Origin: Virgibacillus sp. SK37
GTDB taxonomy: Bacteria; Bacillota; Bacilli; Bacillales; Amphibacillaceae
DNA length: 24,000 bases
Direction: 5' to 3'
NCBI RefSeq assembly: GCF_000725285.1
Contig: NZ_CP007161.1
Location: forward strand, 1,998,213 to 2,022,212
The notes under the pieces were generated by a model. It saw only the letters and a list, made by a program, of their open reading frames with translations, was not told the origin of the DNA and did not search any database. Position numbers and translations under genes: made by a program. Positions 17,843 to 24,000 of the stretch are shown here, in pieces (position 1 is the first letter of the stretch; every line of letters starts with the position of its first letter).

Positions 17843-18244
17843 ATGTATAGAAAACAGTTGATTGAAAAAGCAATAAAAATTAAGGAATGTGCTTATGTAC
17901 CATACTCTAAGTTTCAGGTTGGGGCGGCTCTTCTTACTGGATCGGGAAGAATTTATACAGGCTGTAACATTGAGAACGCTGCGTATCCTGTAAGTTGCTG
18001 TGCTGAACGTGTCGCAATATTTAACGCAATTTCTAATGGGGAAAAAGAATTTAAGGAAATGGCGGTTGTTGCAGATACCCAAAGACCTGTACCACCATGT
18101 GGCTCATGCAGACAAGTAATGAGCGAATTCTTTTCTTCTGATATGCGCATCCATTTGACTAACCTGGAGAACGAAGTGAAAACTGTTACAATGGAAGAAT
18201 TATTGCCATTTTCCTTCCAACCATCAGATTTACATAATAACTAG
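17843..18244 (+). CDS. cdd: Cytidine deaminase (homotetrameric, zinc-dependent CDA family)
   Basis: YVPYSKFQVGAALL, CNIENAAY, zinc/catalytic motifs CAERVAI and PCGSCRQV. Highly similar along its length to the recalled B. subtilis Cdd. Confidence 0.92.
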   Translation: MYRKQLIEKAIKIKECAYVPYSKFQVGAALLTGSGRIYTGCNIENAAYPVSCCAERVAIFNAISNGEKEFKEMAVVADTQRPVPPCGSCRQVMSEFFSSDMRIHLTNLENEVKTVTMEELLPFSFQPSDLHNN

Positions 18245-18260
18245 CACATAAATTTTAAGT

Positions 18261-18296
18261 AAAGGAAGCTGATCTTTTTCAGGTTCCTTTTTTAAT
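18261..18296 (+). terminator. Rho-independent terminator after cdd
   Basis: Stem aaaggaagctga / tcaggttccttt with one G-G mismatch, 5-nt loop, followed by TTTTTT. Confidence 0.75.
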
Positions 18297-18410
18297 GGTA
18301 TACTATAGCTAATTAATAAATATAATTGGTAACTACAGGTATTATAATTTAAATTGACTTTACGTTAGAAATTTGAAAAAATGAGCATGTGAATATGAAG
18401 AGGTGATTAA

Positions 18411-18728
18411 ATGAGTGTAAGTAGAGTACAATTAAGTGGGAAAGATATACTTGAAAAAGAATTTAAGACAGCGATGCGAGGTTACAATCAAGAAGAAGTA
18501 GACGAATTCCTTGACTCCGTGATTCAAGACTATGATACCTTTAACCAAGAGATAGAGAGGCTACAACAAGAGAATGAACGATTGAAGAAAACTTCCCAGG
18601 ACCAAACGAGAACCAGATCTTCTGTACAGCAAAATACACAAGTAAACTATGATGTATTGAAGAGACTCTCAAATCTAGAAAAAGCAGTTTTTGGAAAGAA
18701 ATTTAATGAATCGGATAGTGAAATGTAA
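18411..18728 (+). CDS. gpsB: Cell-cycle / divisome adaptor protein GpsB (DivIVA-domain)
   Basis: LSGKDILEKEFKTAMRGYNQEEVDEFLDSVIQDYDTF and the C-terminal YDVLKRLSNLEKAVFG match the recalled B. subtilis GpsB. GAGGTG SD. Immediately upstream of rnpB, as in B. subtilis. Confidence 0.93.
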   Translation: MSVSRVQLSGKDILEKEFKTAMRGYNQEEVDEFLDSVIQDYDTFNQEIERLQQENERLKKTSQDQTRTRSSVQQNTQVNYDVLKRLSNLEKAVFGKKFNESDSEM

Positions 18729-18763
18729 CACGTTGGATAAGTGCTGGTAAGTTTTTCCATCTG

Positions 18764-18792
18764 TTGAACTCCATTTATATCTATGGTAAACT
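18764..18792 (+). promoter_or_regulatory. Sigma-A type promoter (extended -10) for rnpB
   Basis: TTGAAC (18764-18769), 17-nt spacer, TGgTAAACT with the -10 at 18787-18792. Ends about 14 nt before the predicted RNase P RNA 5' end. Confidence 0.5.
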
Positions 18793-18805
18793 AGTCAGTA
18801 GGAAA

Positions 18806-19194
18806 ATGTTAAATACTCAGGTGATCGCTGTATTTATAATACAGAGGAAAGTCCATGCTCACACAAACTGTGATGTTTGTAGTGTTCGTGCTTGACGAAA
18901 TCATAAGTCAAGGTAACCTTAAAGGTTAACGGCAGGAGACATCCTAAGTCACATGTAGTGATACGGATTTATCCTTGAAAGTGCCACAGTGACGTAGCCG
19001 GTTTGGAAACATTCCGGGTGGAACGAGGTAAACCCCGCGAGTGAGCAACCCAAATAATGGTAGGGGCATCTTCCAGTAGGGAAACGAACCGAAAGAAGGA
19101 CAAGTATACACTTGTAGATAGATGATCACATCCATATGTACGAGATTGACCATCGATTGCAGTACATTGGTACAGAACATGGCTTATCGAGTAT
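18806..19194 (+). ncRNA. rnpB: RNase P RNA, bacterial type B (Firmicutes)
   Basis: Universally conserved GAGGAAAGUCCAUGCUC near the 5' end. UGAAAGUGCCACAGUGACG, GGUAAACCCC, AACCCAAAU...GGUAGGGG and ACAGAACAUGGCUUA align with the recalled B. subtilis RNase P RNA. P1 pairing is guuaaauacuc (18808-18818) / gaguauuuaac (19179-19189). The ends are good to within a few nt. Confidence 0.95.
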
Positions 19195-19211
19195 TTAACG
19201 GTCTATTTATA

Positions 19212-19248
19212 TGTAAATGAGAACCCTTTTTAGCTTAAATGCTAAAAA
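19212..19248 (+). terminator. Rho-independent terminator after rnpB
   Basis: Perfect 13-bp stem aaccctttttagc (19212-19224) / gctaaaaagggtt (19231-19243), 6-nt loop, then TTTT. Confidence 0.85.
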
Positions 19249-19383
19249 GGGTTTTTTGTTATGTCATGGTTTTTACATAACTTATTGAAATGATAGATGG
19301 TTATGTTTTCATATTTAAGAAAGGATTATGATAAACTAAAGCTAATCTAGATACACTACTTTAGAAACGAAAGGAATTATTAA

Positions 19384-20517
19384 ATGCGAAATGTAACATT
19401 AATTGCTACTGCAGCAATGGGCTTAGAGGCTGTTGTAGCTAAAGAAGTAAAACAACTTGGATATGAAGCAGAAGTAGAAAATGGAAAAGTAATTTTTGAG
19501 GCTCCGGTCTCTGCTATCCCTCGTTGTAATTTGTGGCTACGTACTGCTGATCGTGTTCGGCTGCTTGTCGGAAAATTCAAAGCAGTAACCTTTGATGAGC
19601 TTTTTGAGTCTGTGAAGTCCTTGCCTTGGGAAAGTTTTATTGCAGAGGACGGGCAATTTCCTGTCACAGGTAAGTCTGTAAAATCCAAGCTTTTTAGCGT
19701 ATCTGACTGCCAGGCAATTACTAAGAAAGCAATAGCTGAACGTCTGAAACTAAAATATGGTGTTGTATCAAAAATGAACGAAACTGGTGCTATGTATAAA
19801 GTTGAAGTAGCTTTATTAAAGGACGAAGCAACATTAACCTTGGATACTTCTGGCGCTGGACTCCATAAGAGGGGCTATCGAGTGGGCCAGGGAGAGGCAC
19901 CATTAAAAGAAACAATGGCTGCTGCTCTTGTTCTCCTAACTAACTGGAAACCAGAGTACCCTCTCATTGATCCTTTCTGTGGTTCGGGGACTATTCCCAT
20001 TGAGGCTGCGTTAATTGGTCAAAATATCGCTCCCGGTTTCAATAGGGAGTTTACTTCTGAAAATTGGGGCTTTATTAAAAACAAATACTGGCAAGAAGCT
20101 TTTGAAGAAGCGGAGGATAAAGCAAGTTATGACCAAAAGCTTGATATCATTGGTTCAGATATTGACCACAAACTGATCGGTATAGCCAATGACAATTCGA
20201 TAGAAGCTGGTCTGGGTGACCTTATTTCTTGGAAGCAGATGCAGGTTAAAGATCTATTTATTAGAAAAGAGAACGGATATATTATAGGAAATCCACCATA
20301 CGGACAACGACTTGGCGACAAAGAAACAGTGGCGGATATCTACCGAAATTTAGGATTAATTATGCGTAAGCATCCGAGCTGGAGTGTGTATATTCTGACT
20401 GCATACGAAGAATTTGAAAAAGAATACGGCGAGAAATCAACCAAAAAGAGAAAGTTATTCAATGGGTTTATCCGAACAGATTTTTATCAATACTTCGGTA
20501 ACAAAATAAAGGAGTAG
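19384..20517 (+). CDS. ypsC: THUMP-domain class I SAM-dependent RNA methyltransferase (YpsC / RlmKL-like, COG0116)
   Basis: N-terminus TLIATAAMGLEAVVAKEVKQLGY as in B. subtilis YpsC. SAM motif I DPFCGSGT. Catalytic motif IV GNPPYG. Confidence 0.88.
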   Translation: MRNVTLIATAAMGLEAVVAKEVKQLGYEAEVENGKVIFEAPVSAIPRCNLWLRTADRVRLLVGKFKAVTFDELFESVKSLPWESFIAEDGQFPVTGKSVKSKLFSVSDCQAITKKAIAERLKLKYGVVSKMNETGAMYKVEVALLKDEATLTLDTSGAGLHKRGYRVGQGEAPLKETMAAALVLLTNWKPEYPLIDPFCGSGTIPIEAALIGQNIAPGFNREFTSENWGFIKNKYWQEAFEEAEDKASYDQKLDIIGSDIDHKLIGIANDNSIEAGLGDLISWKQMQVKDLFIRKENGYIIGNPPYGQRLGDKETVADIYRNLGLIMRKHPSWSVYILTAYEEFEKEYGEKSTKKRKLFNGFIRTDFYQYFGNKIKE

Positions 20518-20525
20518 TTTGTAAT

Positions 20526-22025
20526 ATGAATAATAGGGAATTATTGGAAAAAGATTTCAAGAACTTATTGGGTGAATTAAATTCTTACAACGAAATGCTC
20601 GCTCTTGCACAATGGGATATGCGAACAAAGATACCCAAAAAAGGATTAGATCAACGTTCGGAAGTTGTTGGGTTTCTTGCAGAAAAAGCACATCAGCTTG
20701 AAACCTCCGAGAAAATGAAGTACTTCATAGACATGCTGAAAGAAGAGACGGAAAACGAAATTATCGAAAAAGCAGTGCTTGAATGTGAAGAAAATTATGT
20801 GAGAAATAGCAAAATACCTCGGGAAGAATACAAAAATTATGTTATGCTGCAATCAAAATCAGAAGCAGTTTGGCAAGAAGCAAGGGAAAAGGCGGATTTC
20901 ACTTTATTTCAGCCTTATTTAGAGAAATTAGTTGAGTATAACCAAAGATTTGCTACTTACTGGGGCTATAAAGATCATATCTACGATGCGTTACTGCACA
21001 ACTTTGAACCAGGCATGACCACCGAAACGCTGGATCGTGTTTTTCCTGACTTAAGACAAGCAATTAGTTCCCTAGTAACAAAGATTAAAGATAGTTCACT
21101 AAAACCGGATTCCTCTATCCTTCATTCCCATTTCCCTAAGGCCGCTCAAGAGGAATTCAGTAAGGAAATTTTAAACAGAATGGGTTACGACTTTATGTCA
21201 GGTAGACTAGATGAAACAATCCATCCTTTTGCCATTACTTTAAATTTAAATGATGTAAGAATTACTACCAGATATGACGAGAGCGATTTCAGGACCGCAG
21301 TTTTTGGCACAATCCATGAAGGTGGACATGCACTTTATGAGCAAAACATTAGTAAAGAGCTTGCTTCTACACCGCTTGCTACAGGAACTTCCATGGGAAT
21401 TCATGAATCACAATCCTTATTTTGGGAAAACTTTATAGGAAGAAGCAAAGCTTTTTGGAGTAGTCACTATGAATTATTTAAGTCGTTTGCTCCAGCGTCG
21501 TTTCAAAAAGTTCCTTTAAATGAATTTTATCAAGCGATTAATGAAGTAAAGCCATCCTTCATTCGAATTGAGGCAGATGAATTAACATACCCTCTTCATA
21601 TCATGCTCCGTTATGAATTGGAAAAGCTTTTATTAAATGGGGACATTAAAGTTAGCGACCTGCCAGATTTATGGAACGAGAAAATGCAGGAATATTTGGG
21701 TATTAAACCACCCACAGATAGAGAGGGAGTATTACAGGATATACACTGGGCAGGAGGAGACTTTGGATATTTTCCTTCTTATGCTCTCGGGTATATGTAC
21801 GCTGCGCAATTTAATCACACTTTATCGCAAGAGGTTAATGTAAGTGAAACGATTTCCGCTGGAAACTTCGGCTCTATTAAGTACTGGCTAAATCAACATA
21901 TTCATCAATACGGAAAAACGAAAAAGCCTCTTCAGCTCATAGAAGAGGTAACTCAAGAAAAATTAAACCCAGTTTATTTAATTAATTATTTGACACAAAA
22001 ATACACAGATATTTACAGGCTTTAA
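20526..22025 (+). CDS. ypwA: M32 family metallocarboxypeptidase (Taq-type), YpwA-like
   Basis: All five M32 signature motifs are present: DVRITT (DxRxT), HEGGHALYE (HExxH), HESQS, IRIEADE (IRxxAD), GVLQDIHW (GxxQDxHW). AAGGAG SD, 8 nt after the ypsC stop. Confidence 0.92.
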   Translation: MNNRELLEKDFKNLLGELNSYNEMLALAQWDMRTKIPKKGLDQRSEVVGFLAEKAHQLETSEKMKYFIDMLKEETENEIIEKAVLECEENYVRNSKIPREEYKNYVMLQSKSEAVWQEAREKADFTLFQPYLEKLVEYNQRFATYWGYKDHIYDALLHNFEPGMTTETLDRVFPDLRQAISSLVTKIKDSSLKPDSSILHSHFPKAAQEEFSKEILNRMGYDFMSGRLDETIHPFAITLNLNDVRITTRYDESDFRTAVFGTIHEGGHALYEQNISKELASTPLATGTSMGIHESQSLFWENFIGRSKAFWSSHYELFKSFAPASFQKVPLNEFYQAINEVKPSFIRIEADELTYPLHIMLRYELEKLLLNGDIKVSDLPDLWNEKMQEYLGIKPPTDREGVLQDIHWAGGDFGYFPSYALGYMYAAQFNHTLSQEVNVSETISAGNFGSIKYWLNQHIHQYGKTKKPLQLIEEVTQEKLNPVYLINYLTQKYTDIYRL

Positions 22026-22061
22026 TTTATCATCTTTACCTAACGTTAGGAGGGTGAGTTC

Positions 22062-23147
22062 ATGACATATATCTGTTCAACTGGAATTGGTGTACCTAAG
22101 TACGAAATAGGGCAAGGTGATATAAAAAAACTCGTACAAGAAATCTTTGTTTCATCCGATAAACGTCTATCAAGGTTATTGTCTGTTTTTGATAATGCAC
22201 AGGTGGAGAAAAGGCAATTTGTGGTTCCAGCCACTTGGTTTAAGGATGATCATTCATTTAAAGAACGAAATGATTTATATCAGGAATTGGCTCTTCAATA
22301 TTCCCTTAAAGCGATTGATGATTGTCTTACAAATCAGCATTTCTTGCACAAAGAGATTCCTTATGAGGCAATAGATATGATTATATTTGTCTCAAGCACT
22401 GGAATCTCAACACCTTCTATCGATGCTCACCTTATTCACGAACGCCCTTTTAGAGAAAATATCAATCGGTTGCCTATTTGGGGGCTGGGCTGTGCAGGGG
22501 GAGCTATCTCTTTATCACGGGCACACGATTGGATAACTGCTAATCCTGATAAAACAGTATTAATAGTATGCTGTGAGTTATGTAGTTTAACCTTTCAAAA
22601 AGGGGATTTGAAGAAAAGCAATATTATAGGTAGTGCATTATTTGGGGACGGAGTTTGTGCGACGTTGGCAGTCGGGAAAAACTCACCCTACCTCTCCTAC
22701 CGGAAGCATGTCTCGCCAAAGTTACTTAATTATAGTGCGTCAACAAAGAAGGGAAGCGCCTCGGTAATGGGGTGGAATGTAACAAACAGTGGATTGGAAG
22801 TCGTTTTTTCAAAAAGCATTCCTTCTTTGGTTCATTCCTTTTGGGAGAAGCACATAAATAGCTTTTTGAAAGAAAATAATATAACTGAAAAGCAAATTAG
22901 TTCTTTTATTTCTCATCCGGGTGGAAAAAAGGTGTTAGAGGCAATGGGGGAAGTTTTAAGTACGACAAGTAATAAACTGAAACATTCCTATAAAATCCTC
23001 TCCGAACATGGAAATATGTCCTCCCCAACTGTCTTATATGTTTTAAGACAGTGGATGATGGAGGGGAATAACCGAGGAGAGAAAAGTATAATTTCTGCAT
23101 TAGGACCTGGTTTCAGTTCAGAGCTTATCTTAATGGAGTGGAAATAA
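22062..23147 (+). CDS. bpsA: Type III polyketide synthase (chalcone/stilbene synthase superfamily), BpsA-like
   Basis: Cys-His-Asn triad contexts IWGLGCAGGA, FISHPGGKKV, EHGNMSSPTVLYV. C-terminal GPGFSSELILMEW. Collinear with the recalled B. subtilis BpsA (BcsA). AGGAGGG SD. Confidence 0.9.
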   Translation: MTYICSTGIGVPKYEIGQGDIKKLVQEIFVSSDKRLSRLLSVFDNAQVEKRQFVVPATWFKDDHSFKERNDLYQELALQYSLKAIDDCLTNQHFLHKEIPYEAIDMIIFVSSTGISTPSIDAHLIHERPFRENINRLPIWGLGCAGGAISLSRAHDWITANPDKTVLIVCCELCSLTFQKGDLKKSNIIGSALFGDGVCATLAVGKNSPYLSYRKHVSPKLLNYSASTKKGSASVMGWNVTNSGLEVVFSKSIPSLVHSFWEKHINSFLKENNITEKQISSFISHPGGKKVLEAMGEVLSTTSNKLKHSYKILSEHGNMSSPTVLYVLRQWMMEGNNRGEKSIISALGPGFSSELILMEWK

Positions 23148-23671
23148 TGGAGCTATTATTCATGTGGGGGCTTTTGGTCTTCATTGTTATTCAACGGCTT
23201 ATGGAGCTGAAAATTGCTAAAAAAAACGAGTTATGGATGAAAGAGAGAGGCGGAGTGGAAAGGGGAAGAGGGCACTATAAATGGTTTGTCATTGTGCATG
23301 GTTTATTCTTTATATCTATCGTTATAGAATTTAGTTATCGTGGTTTCCCCACAGAACAATTCACATTTGTTCTGTTTACTTTATTTGTTTTTACCCAATT
23401 AATTAGAATATGGTGCATACGATCATTGGGTAAATTTTGGAATACGAAAATAATTATATCTCCTGGATTTTCACTTGTTAGAAAGGGACCCTACAAATAT
23501 GTGAAACACCCTAATTACATTATTGTAGGTATTGAACTATTCATTATACCTCTTCTGTTTGGTGCTTATGTAACCTCGGTGGTATTCCCTATTTTGCATG
23601 TATTATTACTTTTCGTTCGAATTCCAGTTGAAAACAGAGCATTGGTGGAAGCGTACCATGTTGAGAAATAA
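23138..23671 (+). CDS. bpsB: Isoprenylcysteine carboxyl methyltransferase (ICMT)-family membrane methyltransferase, BpsB/YpbQ-like
   Basis: Polytopic hydrophobic protein with QRLMELKIAKKNE, GPYKYVKHPNYIIVGIE and C-terminal VENRAL, typical of bacterial ICMT-like enzymes. It overlaps or abuts the bpsA stop. The start is uncertain: ATG 23138, 23147 (TAATG overlap) or 23162 (best GGAG spacing). Confidence 0.85.
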   Translation: MEIMELLFMWGLLVFIVIQRLMELKIAKKNELWMKERGGVERGRGHYKWFVIVHGLFFISIVIEFSYRGFPTEQFTFVLFTLFVFTQLIRIWCIRSLGKFWNTKIIISPGFSLVRKGPYKYVKHPNYIIVGIELFIIPLLFGAYVTSVVFPILHVLLLFVRIPVENRALVEAYHVEK

Positions 23672-23673
23672 AG

Positions 23674-23711
23674 AAAGAAGAGGGAAGCTTAAAGACTTTC
23701 CTCTTCTTTTT
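23674..23711. terminator. Bidirectional terminator after bpsB and after the convergent edge gene
   Basis: 14-bp stem aaagaagagggaag (23674-23687) / ctttcctcttcttt (23696-23709) with one G-U pair and an 8-nt loop. T-run on the plus strand. The A-rich left flank gives a U-run on the minus strand. Confidence 0.85.
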
Positions 23712-23771
23712 GTATCGATTTTTAATGAGATGGAAGCATCGCACCATCTCGCTATCAACGTGCATATATTT

Positions 23772-24000
23772 CTAATTCCCAATTGGCCATGAAAATGGTG
23801 GAGAACCAGGTGGTGAATTTTGAATAATATCAACAAAAGGAATCGTGTATGCAAACAGAATTAATGCAAGTGTTATAGCGATCCACAGCTTCCAATTTTC
23901 AAGAAACATGGGGGTAGGTTCTGCATCATCTTCTTCCTCTGCAATTGGGAATTCTTCGATACCTTTTGGAGCAAAGAAAGCTAATTTGATAAAGATATAA
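23772..24000 (-). CDS. 3' end of an unidentified minus-strand gene (membrane protein C-terminus); start lies outside the window
   Basis: The minus-strand frame is open from the window edge for 75 codons to TAG (plus-strand cta at 23772-23774): ...FFAPKGIEEFPIAEEEDDAEPTPMFLENWKLWIAITLALILFAYTIPFVDIIQNSPPGSPPFSWPIGN. It contains one TM-like segment. A terminator lies 60 nt downstream. It is not in the ORF track because there is no in-window start. I cannot name the family. Confidence 0.45.
   Translation of the reverse strand, partial: YIFIKLAFFAPKGIEEFPIAEEEDDAEPTPMFLENWKLWIAITLALILFAYTIPFVDIIQNSPPGSPPFSWPIGN

Noticed and set aside
17792-18150. Minus-strand ORFs 17792-18082 and 17953-18150
   Set aside because: They lie antisense to cdd, whose zinc-binding motifs are unambiguous.
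18944-19180. Minus-strand 78-aa ORF
   Set aside because: It lies entirely within the RNase P RNA gene and is an artefact of an untranslated structured RNA.
19380-21843. Track ORFs 19380-19688 (-), 20127-20321 (-), 20646-20852 (-), 21637-21843 (+)
   Set aside because: They are antisense or out-of-frame within ypsC and ypwA, both supported by complete motif sets.
21990-22018. Perfect TTGACA -35 hexamer near the ypwA 3' end as an internal promoter for bpsA
   Set aside because: No acceptable -10 lies at 16-18 nt. The hexamers there read TTTACA and TTACAG, so a promoter call is not supported.
22046-23100. Track ORFs 22046-22234 (-), 22147-22374 (+) and 22906-23100 (-)
   Set aside because: They are alternative-frame or antisense ORFs inside the type III PKS gene.
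23598-23854. Track ORFs 23598-23792 (+) and 23606-23854 (-)
   Set aside because: Both read through the strong bidirectional terminator hairpin at 23674-23711 and through the bpsB 3' end. The real minus-strand coding signal is a different frame that ends at 23772.
1-24000. Search for CRISPR arrays, IS elements, integrases, tRNA-linked att sites, prophage or defence-island signatures, and abrupt composition shifts
   Set aside because: I saw no spaced direct repeats, no transposase- or recombinase-like ORFs, no tRNA genes and no obvious compositional break by eye. Every ORF over 100 aa is accounted for by a conserved Bacillaceae core gene. A quantitative GC-skew or k-mer scan was not possible here.

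Overview
This window reads as gene-dense, AT-rich chromosomal backbone (GC about mid-30s % by eye) from a spore-forming Bacillaceae (Bacillota). It does not look like an accessory island. Gene content and order match, from my memory of the B. subtilis 168 map, the region bshA-cca-birA-panBCD-dinG-ypmA-ypmB-aspB-asnS-dnaD-nth / ponA-recU (minus strand) / yppC-sspM-yppD-yppE ... gpsB-rnpB-ypsC ... ypwA-bpsA-bpsB. I call 26 protein-coding genes. Two are truncated by the window edges. Three are absent from the supplied ORF track: ypmA-like (58 aa) and sspM-like (34 aa) because they are under 60 aa, and a 3'-edge minus-strand fragment that has no start codon in the window. I also call one type-B RNase P RNA, eight hairpin terminators and a few promoter candidates. 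I found no tRNA, rRNA, CRISPR array, transposase, integrase, phage gene, toxin-antitoxin pair or recognisable defence gene. I see no convincing evidence for a novel multi-gene system here. The most accessory-like element is a known two-gene type III polyketide synthase plus membrane methyltransferase cassette (BpsA/BpsB-like), which here abuts an M32 carboxypeptidase. Smaller points worth a second look: the two hidden small ORFs, a perfect 16-bp AT-rich inverted repeat upstream of ypmA, a self-contained cytidine deaminase gene where Bacilli usually carry ypsA next to gpsB, a duplicated FN3-like module with poly-acidic linkers in the PBP1 C-terminus, a conserved GpsB-docking motif in the PBP1 N-terminus, and a DUF2515-like gene of unknown function divergent from recU. 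All homology statements come from reading the translations and recalling the families. No database search was run.
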